From: a bacterium
GTDB taxonomy: Bacteria > Patescibacteriota > Patescibacteriia > Patescibacteriales > UBA12465
Direction: 5' to 3'
Length of the DNA stretch: 64,000 nt
Assembly (NCBI GenBank): GCA_021806615.1
Contig: JAJZRB010000002.1
Location: forward strand, 54,529-118,528
Shown here: positions 45,648 to 55,802 of the stretch, piece by piece
Layout of the letters: the number at the start of each line of letters is the position of its first letter
Numbering within the stretch: position 1 is the first letter of the stretch
Made by a program: the position numbers and the translations under genes
The notes under the pieces: generated by a model
Databases searched by the model: none
Told to the model about the DNA's origin: nothing
The model's input: the letters and a program-made list of their open reading frames with translations, nothing else

Positions 45648-45671
45648 AGAGCCCGGGATAACCCGGGCTCT
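45648..45671 (-). terminator. Rho-independent terminator after the surface-protein gene
   Basis: Perfect 10-bp stem agagcccggg / cccgggctct with loop ataa. The minus strand continues with a U-rich tract. Confidence 0.85.
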
Positions 45672-45685
45672 TGGAATAGGCTCGT

Positions 45686-48190
45686 TTATTTGCTCGCGCC
45701 GCTATAGGCTATGGCTCTTACGATATTCCAGGCCAGAGGGCTTATCGGAGAATGAGCATAAACAGCTCGGAAAGATTTTATAGCCTGCTTCTCGCTGGCG
45801 GTATTACGGGAGCTTGGCCTTAAACCGTAGGCGATGATGGTTACGGCGTTAGCATCATGGCTGTCCTTCATGTCGGCTGGCCGATCATAGACTTTCAGGA
45901 ATTCCGCTTTAGCGCCGGTTTCCGCTTTAGCGCTAGTTTCTCCCGGCCAGCGTCCAGAAGATATTTTCAATATATCAGACCACTCCGCAGCGGTTTGCGG
46001 CAATTTGCTATAAGCTTGCAAATAAGATCCGAGAACGCCAGCTCGTTCGCCCGCCCCTAATTTCAAAGTGCTAGGCGTGCCATAAACGACGAAATAATCA
46101 AGATTATTTATTTCTGCCGCGCCCAATTTAACTTTAGTCAGCAGCGGATCGACATAACGGCTTAAGTAAGATGTCTCCAGTGAAGCATTCTTTACGGCGG
46201 ATACATCATTCAGGATCGAATTGACATCGCCGCCATCAAGGATATCGGCCTCCCGGGTGATTTTTTGCAGCAAGTCGTCGGATCCCGCGTGAGTATCCGC
46301 ATTACCTGGATTGGAGTTGTCCGAAGAATCAGAAGACGGTTGTAGTTCAACTTTGACTGATAATGAATTACAGCTATTGGTAGCGGCGCAAACCGTGATG
46401 ACGGTCGATCCTATATTTTTCCCTAAAACGATTAAATTGCCGCCGTTGATGCTGGCCTGGACCATCGTGGGATTAGAATTGGCAGAAATATAATAATTGC
46501 TGTTAGCCCCGCCTGAAACAGCGACGGACAGGCTTTCCCCGACTCCGATAGCCGGATTAGATCGGCTGAAAGCGAGCGGAGCATTGGAAGTATTATTTGA
46601 TGATACGGCGGCATAAATTATGCCGCATTGGCCGCCATTCTGGCAGATAGTCGCGTTGGCATTACCCGAGCTGAGAGCCTTGACCGTTATTTTGTTGTTA
46701 TTCAAGACGAAGGACGCGACGTTCTGGTTGTTGCTGCTGGAAATATAATATCCGCCTGCCCCGAATAGAGAGACATCAGTCGATCCGCCGACGTTCAGAG
46801 TCAAGTTGTTATTGCTGAAAGTCAATTGCGTGCTAGAACTGACGCCGTTGACCAGGACCGATAACTGGACGCAAGCTCCGGCCGCCGAACAGACGTCCAA
46901 ATTGCCTGAGCCCGCCCCGACTCCGGTCAAGGTCAGGATATTATTGTTAAGGCTGGCTTGGAAAATCGCGTTGTTTTTTGAATCATTACTCAGGCTATAA
47001 GGAAAAGTCCCGCCGGAAACGGTAACGCTCACCGCTTGGCCGACCTGTAGCCATAAGTTATTCTGGCTGAGGCTTATCGGTCCGCTCGTAGAGTAGCTGA
47101 CCGTCGCCGTTATGGATCCGCAATTGCCATTATTAGCGCAGACCGTAATGATTGATGATCCGGCGCTTCCGCCCGTCAATGCCAGGTTATTGGTATTAGT
47201 GATCGTGGCTGTGACGACGCTGGAATTAGAGTTGGAAGAGATACTATAGCTGCTGCCTCCGGAAATGAGAATATTTAAATTCTGGCCGATGAGCAAGGAG
47301 GGATTAGTCTGGTTAAAAACCAAGGAAGAAGAACTGGTCGTGCCGGCGCTCGCGTTGATTATGCCGCAAGAGCTCATATTAACGGCGCAGACCGTAATAG
47401 CGGCGGTACCGCTCGTATTGTTAGCGTTCAAAGTTATCGTTGAACCGCTGAGCGAAGAAGATATCACGCTCGGGTTGGAATTATTCAATATCGTATAATT
47501 GCCCGTGCCGTTCAATATGGAAACCGTAGAGCTCTGCCCATAAGCGATGGTCAGGTTGGTCTGGCTGAAAGTCAGAGCTTGGGCGCCGGAATTCTGGACG
47601 GTCAGATAGGTGCTCGCGCAATTAGAGGTGGTTCCGAGAGCGCAGAGAGTGACGACGGTTTGCCCATAAGCATTGGCGATCAGGGTAATCTGGTTGTTAT
47701 TGATATTGACGTTAGCTATTTGTGGATTGGAATTATTCAGGAGATAAAGAGGTTGGCCGCTATTATTGGTAACGGACAAGGTTGAGGTTTGCCCGACGGT
47801 CAGGACCAATCCCGTTTGGTTAATGGTAATGGCGCCGCCTGAAGCCAGGGTATTATAAGGCCAGGCGACAGAGCTTGAAGAAGCATTATTTATCTTGACG
47901 TAGACGGAGCTATTCGGAGCAATGCCGTAGGTAGCCGTGCTGACGGTCATGCTTAGAGATCCGCTGGCGTTTGTCTTCCCTAAGACATCCAGATAGGCCG
48001 CGCCGCTATTCTTCTGGTAATATATCAGGACGCTGGCATTAGGATCGCCCGTTACGTTTATTTGGACATTATCGCCATCGCCGGTACTGCTGAGCGCCAG
48101 CGTCGGAGCCGCCGCGCGCGCCGCGTTTAGGGAGGCCAAGAAAATAAAAGCGACCGCGACCAGCGAAACGAAGAATAGATTTTTTTTCAT
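45686..48190 (-). CDS. Secreted surface protein with six Ig-like (Big_2-like) repeats and an unknown C-terminal domain
   Basis: Signal peptide with AxA site (LNAARAAAP). S/T/N-rich repeats. The C-terminal roughly 220 aa have no recognised motif. Confidence 0.8.
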   Translation of the reverse strand: MKKNLFFVSLVAVAFIFLASLNAARAAAPTLALSSTGDGDNVQINVTGDPNASVLIYYQKNSGAAYLDVLGKTNASGSLSMTVSTATYGIAPNSSVYVKINNASSSSVAWPYNTLASGGAITINQTGLVLTVGQTSTLSVTNNSGQPLYLLNNSNPQIANVNINNNQITLIANAYGQTVVTLCALGTTSNCASTYLTVQNSGAQALTFSQTNLTIAYGQSSTVSILNGTGNYTILNNSNPSVISSSLSGSTITLNANNTSGTAAITVCAVNMSSCGIINASAGTTSSSSLVFNQTNPSLLIGQNLNILISGGSSYSISSNSNSSVVTATITNTNNLALTGGSAGSSIITVCANNGNCGSITATVSYSTSGPISLSQNNLWLQVGQAVSVTVSGGTFPYSLSNDSKNNAIFQASLNNNILTLTGVGAGSGNLDVCSAAGACVQLSVLVNGVSSSTQLTFSNNNLTLNVGGSTDVSLFGAGGYYISSSNNQNVASFVLNNNKITVKALSSGNANATICQNGGQCGIIYAAVSSNNTSNAPLAFSRSNPAIGVGESLSVAVSGGANSNYYISANSNPTMVQASINGGNLIVLGKNIGSTVITVCAATNSCNSLSVKVELQPSSDSSDNSNPGNADTHAGSDDLLQKITREADILDGGDVNSILNDVSAVKNASLETSYLSRYVDPLLTKVKLGAAEINNLDYFVVYGTPSTLKLGAGERAGVLGSYLQAYSKLPQTAAEWSDILKISSGRWPGETSAKAETGAKAEFLKVYDRPADMKDSHDANAVTIIAYGLRPSSRNTASEKQAIKSFRAVYAHSPISPLAWNIVRAIAYSGASK
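46346..47830 (-). repeat. Six in-frame tandem repeats of about 82-85 aa
   Basis: Repeat starts at aa 121, 206, 290, 372, 456 and 539. Each ends in a Cys-x5-7-Cys loop (TLCALGTTSNC, TVCAVNMSSC, TVCANNGNC, DVCSAAGAC, TICQNGGQC, TVCAATNSC). Confidence 0.75.
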
Positions 48191-48281
48191 ATTATTAACA
48201 TTATTTTTATCTCTAAGATGAAATTATGAGATATGTATTACAATGTTTATATTATAGCATACTTTCAGCATGAATTTAAAA

Positions 48282-48305
48282 AAATCACGCCTTGCAGCGT
48301 GATTT
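48282..48305 (-). terminator. Rho-independent terminator after the MarR gene
   Basis: Stem aaatcacgc / gcgtgattt with loop cttgca. A U-run follows on the minus strand. Confidence 0.8.
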
Positions 48306-48308
48306 CGG

Positions 48309-48758
48309 CTATTCTTTGCCTCCTTCCTCCGGCAGGCTGATTTTCTCCAAGAGCCTGATGAACTCCCGGAGTTCATCCGCTTGGAAAGAGGAGAAGGCCG
48401 CGCTTAGAGATTTAAAATAATCCCGTCGGAACAGATTTATTTTTTTCCTGGCGCTAGGAGTAAATTTTATGCTAATAATACGCCTATCTCTAGGGTCCTC
48501 TTCCCTTTTCACTATCTTTTTATTTACTAGAGTATCGGTGAATTGGGTAATAGCTCCCGGTGTCACTTTCAGAAATTTAGATAATTCCTTGATAGCCACC
48601 CCGTCTTTTTTATCAGCCATAAAAAACAGGATCATCGCCTCTGGCCGGCTCAATTTTATCTGGCCGAAAGGAAAATTATGGCCAGAATGGATCTTTTTTA
48701 AAGTTTGGCCGAATTTTTCCAGCAAGGTCTGCAATAATTGTTGCTTATTAGTATCCAT
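48309..48758 (-). CDS. MarR family transcriptional regulator
   Basis: Winged-helix core IKELSKFLKVTPGAITQFTDTLVNKKIVKREEDPRDRR. Confidence 0.85.
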   Translation of the reverse strand: MDTNKQQLLQTLLEKFGQTLKKIHSGHNFPFGQIKLSRPEAMILFFMADKKDGVAIKELSKFLKVTPGAITQFTDTLVNKKIVKREEDPRDRRIISIKFTPSARKKINLFRRDYFKSLSAAFSSFQADELREFIRLLEKISLPEEGGKE

Positions 48759-48790
48759 AGTTGAGAAAATTATGGGGATAAAATATAAAT

Positions 48791-50044
48791 CTATTCATGG
48801 CTTAGAGCTTCAATCGGGTCTAATCTGGCGGCGCTCCTTGCCGGCAGGACTCCAAAGCCGATGCCGATGACTGCGGAAACGCCGAAACCTAGAGCGATAG
48901 CGTACCAAGGGACAGAAAAAATCCAGGCCAGGCCGTTAGCCGAAGCAATAACCGCGACCAGCCAGCCTAAAGCGCTGCCCAGTAAAATGCCGATAGCGCC
49001 GCCAAGAATGGTGACCATGATTGATTCGATTAAGAATTCTCTTAAAATATCAGAGTTCTTAGCGCCCAAGGCTTTTTTCAAACCGATTTCCGCTGTCCGT
49101 TCCGTGACGACCACGTACATGATGTTCATGATGCCGACCCCGCCGACAATGAGCGAAATGGCGGCGATGGCGATTAAAAGGATAGTGATGCCATTGAAAA
49201 TAGTATTGAAAGTATCCATGGCCTGAGCTTGGGTCTGGACGATGAAATCATCCTTATCGGGGTTGGTGATATTGTGGTTACGACGCAAGACTGCTTTTAT
49301 GTTTTCTGCGGTAGATTCGCTCAAATTGACGTCCTGGACCTGGACGATACCGAATAAGAGATAATCAATACCCAGTATTTTTTTCTGCGCGGTAACCAGC
49401 GGGATATACATCATTTCGTCGCCGCTGCCGCTCAGAGCCCCTAAAGGGTTATAGACTCCGATTACTTGGAAATTCAAGTCGCCTAAGCGGATCAGTTTTC
49501 CCAAGGGATCATTATTCCCGAATAGATCCTGGGCCAGTTTGCTCTCTAAAATGGCAACTTGGGCCGCCCCGCTGTCTTCTTGGGCGCTGAAGAAACGACC
49601 GGATTTTAAAGTGTTCTTATCGATTTCAAAGCGGGCGGCGGAAGCGCCATAGAATAAGACGCTCTTGCTAACATCGCGATAACTGGCTACCTTCTGGCCG
49701 ACGACCATGCCGTAGTCGTTAACGACGTTATTCAATTTTTTGATATCTTCTAAATCACGGTTTTTCAAAGTCGTAATGGCGATTGCGGAAGCGGCGCGAC
49801 CCGTGTCGGCGCTCGCTACTCCGGCGCCGCGGTTTTTTGTAGTTGGCGGGACGCGTGTCTCTAGGAATAAAGTATTAGTGCCATAGGCCTGCAATTGGGA
49901 ATCAATCAGGCTGCGGAATCCCGCGCCGGCCGACAATACCAAGATAACCGTAGCGATGCCGATCATAATCCCTAGCGTCGTCAGTATCGTACGCACTGGG
50001 TTAGCCAAGAGAACTTTGCTAGATTGTCGGAAAGCTTGATACAT
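48791..50044 (-). CDS. ABC transporter permease, MacB/FtsX type (paralog 2)
   Basis: N-terminal TM, a roughly 230-aa extracytoplasmic MacB_PCD-like domain, and a C-terminal FtsX 3-TM bundle ending LDPIEALSHE. Confidence 0.9.
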   Translation of the reverse strand: MYQAFRQSSKVLLANPVRTILTTLGIMIGIATVILVLSAGAGFRSLIDSQLQAYGTNTLFLETRVPPTTKNRGAGVASADTGRAASAIAITTLKNRDLEDIKKLNNVVNDYGMVVGQKVASYRDVSKSVLFYGASAARFEIDKNTLKSGRFFSAQEDSGAAQVAILESKLAQDLFGNNDPLGKLIRLGDLNFQVIGVYNPLGALSGSGDEMMYIPLVTAQKKILGIDYLLFGIVQVQDVNLSESTAENIKAVLRRNHNITNPDKDDFIVQTQAQAMDTFNTIFNGITILLIAIAAISLIVGGVGIMNIMYVVVTERTAEIGLKKALGAKNSDILREFLIESIMVTILGGAIGILLGSALGWLVAVIASANGLAWIFSVPWYAIALGFGVSAVIGIGFGVLPARSAARLDPIEALSHE

Positions 50045-50049
50045 ATTGA

Positions 50050-51318
50050 TTATTCGTAACGCAGAGCTTCAATCGGGTCTAATTTGGCGGCCTTAAAAGC
50101 CGGATATAGGCCAAAAATTATGCCGGTGAGTATAGAAACGCCGACAGCGAGCATGATAGATTTCAAAGAGACGACGAAAGACCAGTCATAGCCTAAATAT
50201 TTCATCAGCAAAGATATAAGATATGACGCGATCACCCCGACGACTATGCCGGCTAGGCCGCCTAAGCTGGTCAAAAAGCTGGCCTCGAATAGGAATTGAT
50301 TGCGGATGGTGCTATTAGTCGCCCCGACGGCTTTACGCAAGCCGATTTCTCGCGTCCTCTCGCCGACCGTGACCATCATGATGTTCAGGATCCCGATCCC
50401 GCCGACTACTAGCGAAATAGCCGCCATAGCTGTTAAGAACAGCCGCAGAGCATCAGTAATAGTAGATAGCATGCTAATGGCGTTAGCAATATTGCGCACC
50501 GTATAATCCACTTGGTCTTCAGTCCTGATGCGGTGTCTCTGGTTCAATACGGTTTTAATATCGTTGATCGTCGGATCAATGTTAGCATCGGAGTCTACCT
50601 TGATATTGATAGCTTGCAAATAGTGGATGCCGAGAACCTGCTGTTGGCCGATAGTCAGGGGCATGAAGATCTGGTCATCTTGATCTTGGAAGAAAGAAGC
50701 GCCGCGTGGCGCCACGACGCCGATGACGCGCAAAGGGATACCTCCGGCTTCGGTATTGTTAGCGCTTTTTACTTTTATTATCTGTCCGAGCGGACTCAAG
50801 CCTGTCCCGCCGAACAGTTCGTCAGCGACGGTCGCGCCTAGAACGGCGACATTGGCATTACCCTGATCTTCTTGGGAATTATAGAATTGTCCTGATTGCA
50901 TGGTAATATTGACGACCTTCGGATAATACGAGTCGCTGCCGACGAAATTAGTATCCACGGTCTTATTGCCCCAAGTCACGGTCGCTGTGCCACGGACATT
51001 GGCGTTAACGGCTAAAGCGTGCGGCAGCGATCCGTCGCGCAAGGCGGCGGCGTCGCCGTTAGTAAGCGTGGTTATGACGATGCCGAATATCTGGGCGGGC
51101 GGCCCTTTTTCATTGCTTTTTCCCGGCTGGACGCTTAAGAGGTCCGAGCCGAGCTTAGTCACTTGTCCCAAGATCAAGCTCTGTGCTCCGGCGCCAAGAG
51201 CGATAATAATAATGACGCCAGCGACGCCGATAACGATGCCGAGTATAGTCAAAAGAGAGCGCCCTTTTCTCGCCCGTAAATTCTTGATAACCAGCCTGAT
51301 GGTGGAAACGAGATTCAT
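50050..51318 (-). CDS. ABC transporter permease, MacB/FtsX type (paralog 1)
   Basis: Same architecture as the neighbouring permease, ending [10 protein letters not shown]. Confidence 0.9.
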   Translation of the reverse strand: MNLVSTIRLVIKNLRARKGRSLLTILGIVIGVAGVIIIIALGAGAQSLILGQVTKLGSDLLSVQPGKSNEKGPPAQIFGIVITTLTNGDAAALRDGSLPHALAVNANVRGTATVTWGNKTVDTNFVGSDSYYPKVVNITMQSGQFYNSQEDQGNANVAVLGATVADELFGGTGLSPLGQIIKVKSANNTEAGGIPLRVIGVVAPRGASFFQDQDDQIFMPLTIGQQQVLGIHYLQAINIKVDSDANIDPTINDIKTVLNQRHRIRTEDQVDYTVRNIANAISMLSTITDALRLFLTAMAAISLVVGGIGILNIMMVTVGERTREIGLRKAVGATNSTIRNQFLFEASFLTSLGGLAGIVVGVIASYLISLLMKYLGYDWSFVVSLKSIMLAVGVSILTGIIFGLYPAFKAAKLDPIEALRYE

Positions 51319-51340
51319 TTTTTTGTTTATTAAACGAACC

Positions 51341-52057
51341 TTATTTAATGAGTTCTTTATCGGCGCTGGCGATAGTCCGGTCTTTTACTTTGTCGTCGGA
51401 AATAAGACTGCCGTCTTTGATCCTGATGATCCTTTTGGCGTGGTTGGCCGTATCTGTCTCATGGGTGACGAGGATTATCGTCCGCCCCTGCTCATTCAAT
51501 TGTTGGAGGATATACATGACTGTATTGCCTGATTTGGAGTCTAGATTGCCAGTTGGCTCATCGGCGAAGATAACGGCCGGATCGCAGACTAACGCTCGGG
51601 CGATAGCCACGCGCTGTTTTTCGCCGCCGGAAATCTGATTAGTATAATAGTCTAGTCGGTGGGACAGTCCGACTGAGCTCAAGGCCTTTTTAGCCAAAGC
51701 ATCATGATTTTTCTTTTGGCTGTAGATCAGGGGCAATTTTACATTGTCCAAGACGGTCGTCCGAGGCAATAGGTTGAAAGACTGGAAGACGAAACCGATC
51801 CGTTCATTACGCAGCCGGGCTAAATAGTCATCGTTAAAATCTTTAGTGTCTTCGCCGTCGAATTCATATAAGCCGGCTGACGGTCTGTCTAAAAAGCTCA
51901 GAATATGCATCAAAGTAGACTTGCCGCTGCCCGATGGCCCCATAATCGCTACGAATTCTCCTTGGTCAATGGTAAAGCTCAAGTCATGCAGGACGGGCGT
52001 CGTCACTCCGTCGCTCCCGTAAGTTTTTTTAAGATTGGCAACTTTTATCAGATTCAT
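51341..52057 (-). CDS. ABC transporter ATP-binding protein (MacB/LolD family)
   Basis: [41 protein letters not shown]. Confidence 0.95.
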   Translation of the reverse strand: MNLIKVANLKKTYGSDGVTTPVLHDLSFTIDQGEFVAIMGPSGSGKSTLMHILSFLDRPSAGLYEFDGEDTKDFNDDYLARLRNERIGFVFQSFNLLPRTTVLDNVKLPLIYSQKKNHDALAKKALSSVGLSHRLDYYTNQISGGEKQRVAIARALVCDPAVIFADEPTGNLDSKSGNTVMYILQQLNEQGRTIILVTHETDTANHAKRIIRIKDGSLISDDKVKDRTIASADKELIK

Positions 52058-52060
52058 AGA

Positions 52061-53818
52061 CTATTGTTTGATATAAGTGACTATTTCCTGGCCTTCTTCC
52101 AGGCCGGAGACAACTTCCATCAAGCCGCCATCGGCCTGCAAACCGGTTTGGATGGATATCTCATGATATGTCTTCGTATCTTTATTATCAATGATACGGA
52201 CATACTGTTTCCCGTCGCGGCTGATGACAGCGCCACTCGGGATAGCTAGAGCGCTATCTTTGCGCGCCACCAGGATAGTCATATTGGCGGTCATGCCCGG
52301 CTTTATCTCCGGTATATTGGGAAAATCGGCTTTGACTAAATAATCCACTACTCCGGAAATGACTGTAGACGCCGGATCAATAGTCATTATTTTCCCGCTG
52401 AAATGGCGATCCGGCCCCAGAGCGTCAAAAGTATAGTCTACTGATTGCCCGGGCTGGAGATAAGCGACGTTGGCTTCGCTCACGTAAGCCTCGACATGCA
52501 AGGCATTGATATCCTGGAGAACCATCACTTCCTGCATGGCAGTAGCTTGTTCGCCGACTTTAGTGTCAACTTGGGTGATAGTGCCATCCGCCGGCGCTTT
52601 AAGAATGGTGTTAGCCAGGGAGGCTTGAGCGGCGTCTACTTGTCCCTGGGCTGATAGAATCTGCGCTTTGGCAGAATTTATATCGGCCGGTTGAGCTTTA
52701 GCTTTTAATTGAGATAAGGTAGCTTGCGCTTGCAAAAGAGCGGCATGAGCGCTATTGATCTGATTTTGAGCGGTCGTTTTCTGCTGTACGGCCGATAAAT
52801 TAGCGTTAGTAACAGCGTTTTGAGCTGTCGTCAAAGCGTTAGAGAGGGCTTGCTGAGCTCCTCTGATAGAAGAGACCCCGGAATTTTCAGAAGTCAATTC
52901 CCCATTAATGGCTGATTTATAAGCGTCTAATTGGGCTTGGCTTATCTTTGAACTGGTCACTGAATTCTGCAGAGCGGAAAAACAATAAGTTAAAGAGCTG
53001 ATGCTTTGGTTCAGCGCCGCAATGGCATCATTGGCTGCTTGGCTGATATTGGCGTCGCTTTTATAGGCCTGCATCGTCGCTAAACTTAAATTGGCTGCAT
53101 TCAGAAGAGGCTGGACTTGCTTATAGGCGTTCTGGAAATTCACTGCCTCGTTATTATTAGAAACACTGAACGTATCTTTCAGGTTATTGTCATTTAAGAT
53201 CTGATTCTCCTTATCTATGGCGGATTGGATAGAGGCCAGCTGGTTAGCTATGGCCGTGACGATAGCCGTACGTTTATTGTCAGATTGGGTGGTGGGAGAC
53301 TGCAAATCATCCAAAGTCGCCTGCGCTTGGCTGACAGCGGCGGCGGTCGATTGTTCGATGGTCGTTAATTGATTCAAGGCATTATTATAAGCGACCTGGG
53401 CCGAATTTACGGATTTTTCAGAGACGTTTACCTGTTCCGGAGTTGCGCCGGCTAAGACACGCTGGTAATTGGCCTGCGCCTGAGCCAAGCTTCCCTGAGC
53501 GCTGACTAAGGCGGCTTGGGCGTTCGCTTGGTTGAAGATAGCGAGGACATCTCCGGCCTTGACCTTGCTGCCGGCCGCCACGTTGACTTCTTTGACGACA
53601 CCGCTTCCTTGGAAGCTCAGATTCAGATTAAGGGCGCTTACTACCTGCCCGGTCGTAAGAACGGTCTGTTCCAGGTTCTGTCTGGCGACCGTAGCGGTCT
53701 GGATATTAGCTGGCGCATTCTTTCCTTTATTGATGAAGTACCAAACGCCGCTGGCGAGCACTAAGATAATGATCGTCCAGACGACCGTCTTTTTAGTAAA
53801 AAATTTTCTGATGTTCAT
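52061..53818 (-). CDS. HlyD/MacA-type membrane fusion (periplasmic adaptor) protein with greatly extended coiled-coil hairpin
   Basis: N-terminal TM. Lipoyl-like half (GDVLAIF), about 310 aa of A/Q/N/S-rich helical sequence, second lipoyl half (ILKAPADGTITQV), then beta-barrel and MP domains. Confidence 0.85.
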   Translation of the reverse strand: MNIRKFFTKKTVVWTIIILVLASGVWYFINKGKNAPANIQTATVARQNLEQTVLTTGQVVSALNLNLSFQGSGVVKEVNVAAGSKVKAGDVLAIFNQANAQAALVSAQGSLAQAQANYQRVLAGATPEQVNVSEKSVNSAQVAYNNALNQLTTIEQSTAAAVSQAQATLDDLQSPTTQSDNKRTAIVTAIANQLASIQSAIDKENQILNDNNLKDTFSVSNNNEAVNFQNAYKQVQPLLNAANLSLATMQAYKSDANISQAANDAIAALNQSISSLTYCFSALQNSVTSSKISQAQLDAYKSAINGELTSENSGVSSIRGAQQALSNALTTAQNAVTNANLSAVQQKTTAQNQINSAHAALLQAQATLSQLKAKAQPADINSAKAQILSAQGQVDAAQASLANTILKAPADGTITQVDTKVGEQATAMQEVMVLQDINALHVEAYVSEANVAYLQPGQSVDYTFDALGPDRHFSGKIMTIDPASTVISGVVDYLVKADFPNIPEIKPGMTANMTILVARKDSALAIPSGAVISRDGKQYVRIIDNKDTKTYHEISIQTGLQADGGLMEVVSGLEEGQEIVTYIKQ

Positions 53819-53854
53819 ACGAGACGTAGATAATTTAATGATTTAATTATTATT

Positions 53855-53883
53855 ATTTTAGTTACTAAAATAAATTTTGTCAA
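53855..53883 (-). promoter_or_regulatory. Candidate promoter of the efflux operon
   Basis: Minus strand has TTGACA (53883-53878), 17 nt, then TAAAAT (53860-53855). Confidence 0.55.
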
Positions 53884-53922
53884 TAGCCGTTATTTCTAAA
53901 AGGCAACATCTGCAATAATAAA

Positions 53923-53947
53923 AAACCGCTGATATTTTCAGCGGTTT
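53923..53947 (-). terminator. Rho-independent terminator after guaB
   Basis: Perfect 10-bp stem aaaccgctga / tcagcggttt with loop tattt. A U-run follows on the minus strand. Confidence 0.85.
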
Positions 53948-53978
53948 ATTGAAACGGATTGTCAAAAATAGTCAGGGA

Positions 53979-55511
53979 TCAGCTGAATTTTTCCGCGCGG
54001 TAGTTAGGAGCATCCTTGATGCTCACTAGCCCGTGCGGATGGGATTCCTTTAATCCGACGCCGGAGATTTTATGGAAATCAGCTTTAGCCTGCAAGTCAG
54101 CTATATCTTTAGCGCCGACATAGCCCAGGCCGCTTCTTAGCCCTCCGACTAGCTGATTAAGGATAACATCAACGTCTCCTCTATAATCAACTTCTCCCTC
54201 TATCCCTTCCGGAACGAGCTTATCGATAGTGACTTCTCCTTGAAAATAGCGCTCCCTGGAAGATTTATTATCGAGCATCGCCCCCAAGGAACCCATGCCG
54301 CGATAACTTTTCAGCGGACGCCCGTTTTTATATATTACGACGCCAGGCGCTTCAGTCGTGCCAGCCAGCATTTTACCGAGCATGACATTCTGTGCTCCAG
54401 CAGCCAGGGCGATAGGAATATCTCCCGAGAATTCTATTCCGCCGTCAGCACATACGGGAACTCCGGAACCTCTAGCCGCTTTAGAACAGTTATATACCGC
54501 GCTTACTTGCGGACAGCCGATGCCGGCGATTACTCGCGTAGTGCAGATCGATCCGGGACCTTGACCGACACGGAGGCCATCCACGCCGGCTTTTATGAGA
54601 TTACGGGCGGAATCAGCTTCGGAAATATTTCCGGCGATCACATCTATCTCCGGATGATATTTTTTGCAGAATTTGATGGCCGCAATCACTGCTTTAGAGT
54701 CGCCATGCGCCGTATCAATAACGACGGCATCGACCTTCTCCCTGCTCAGAAGCTCCATCCTTTCCTCTAGATCTTCCCCGACCCCGATAGCCGCGACTGC
54801 TATTAAGCTGCCGTTTTTATCAAGATTATAAATATCGGAGCCGCCGCTGATGATCCTTTTCACGTCCGCCCAGGTATAGATTCCTTTCAGACTGCCATTA
54901 GAGTTGAATATGGGCAGTATCTTCTTTCGGGTCTTCATCATCATTTTATAGGCGCCCTCCATAGTCGTATTGGCATCGGCCTTGATGATCTCTTTGGACA
55001 TGATTTGTCCCATCATGTCCGTAGGGCTTGAGGAAAAATCGAAATCATTGCGAGTGACTAAGCCGACCACCTGTCCATCCTCGTTTATTACCGGAAAACT
55101 GTAAAATTTGTAATCTTTTTCCGCTTTCATTTTCAGGACTTCGGAGACCGAGTCAAAAACATTGACGCAGATCGGATCAGAGATGAAAGCATTCAGATAA
55201 TGCTTTATCTTGCCGATTGCGGCCGCTTGTTTTTTCGGCGTTAAAGCCTTATGAACGACGCCGATTCCTCCAGCTATAGCCATGGCGATGGCCATCTTAG
55301 CTTCCGTTACCGTATCCATGGGAGAGCTGACTATCGGTATTTTAAGCCCGATGTTGCGGGAGAACCGTGATTCAATATTCACTTCCCGCGGGAGTATTTC
55401 TGAATGCCCGGTTCTTAGACGGACATCGCCGTAGCTTAAAGCCAGGCCCTGACCGTCCATTTTTTTGAAAAAACGGTCAATTTTTCTGGTTTCCAGAGAT
55501 TTCTTTTTCAT
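53979..55511 (-). CDS. guaB: IMP dehydrogenase (with CBS pair)
   Basis: GIGPGSICTTR-type catalytic loop (GQGPGSICTTRVIAGIGCPQ), CADGGI, GSLGAM, and the inserted CBS subdomain. Confidence 0.95.
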   Translation of the reverse strand: MKKKSLETRKIDRFFKKMDGQGLALSYGDVRLRTGHSEILPREVNIESRFSRNIGLKIPIVSSPMDTVTEAKMAIAMAIAGGIGVVHKALTPKKQAAAIGKIKHYLNAFISDPICVNVFDSVSEVLKMKAEKDYKFYSFPVINEDGQVVGLVTRNDFDFSSSPTDMMGQIMSKEIIKADANTTMEGAYKMMMKTRKKILPIFNSNGSLKGIYTWADVKRIISGGSDIYNLDKNGSLIAVAAIGVGEDLEERMELLSREKVDAVVIDTAHGDSKAVIAAIKFCKKYHPEIDVIAGNISEADSARNLIKAGVDGLRVGQGPGSICTTRVIAGIGCPQVSAVYNCSKAARGSGVPVCADGGIEFSGDIPIALAAGAQNVMLGKMLAGTTEAPGVVIYKNGRPLKSYRGMGSLGAMLDNKSSRERYFQGEVTIDKLVPEGIEGEVDYRGDVDVILNQLVGGLRSGLGYVGAKDIADLQAKADFHKISGVGLKESHPHGLVSIKDAPNYRAEKFS

Positions 55512-55802
55512 GATTCTTCGCTCCTATATATTTTTGGATTATAGATTATCTTATTTTTTCGTTTAGTCTTGATCTATATTTGATGTTTGTTAAAAAACTA
55601 TTGATATAGCATTGTAAAATATTTGCCTATTTTTGTAAATAGCTGTTTGGCATTTATCTAGTAACCAATTTTTAATTATTATAATATTTGACATTTTTTA
55701 TATTTTATATTATTACATCTTCCCAAAATGACTAAAATATATTAGAATAAGTTAAGCCACTTTTATATATAGTAATATTAGCTAATAATAAACAAATAAA
55801 TA

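Noticed and set aside
46346-47830. Regularly spaced repeats that could be mistaken for a CRISPR array or satellite
   Set aside because: The period is about 250 nt. The repeats are divergent at the DNA level and sit in frame inside a long ORF with a signal peptide. They are protein domain repeats. No short direct-repeat/spacer array exists anywhere in the window.
50966-51532. 188-aa plus-strand ORF spanning the permease/ATPase junction. Similar long antisense ORFs occur at 54240-54770, 25155-25628, 5191-5649, 12889-13329, 33465-33905 and 38785-39201.
   Set aside because: Each lies antisense to a confidently identified gene, has no recognisable domain, has biased composition and lacks translation signals. 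I treat them as non-coding.
55512-55802. Purine riboswitch or other structured leader in the 291-nt region upstream of guaB
   Set aside because: The region is very AT-rich, with no conserved purine-riboswitch core and no stable multi-stem junction that I could fold by eye. It contains plausible divergent promoters, for example minus-strand TTTACA-17-TACAAT and plus-strand TTGACA near 55688, which explain its length.
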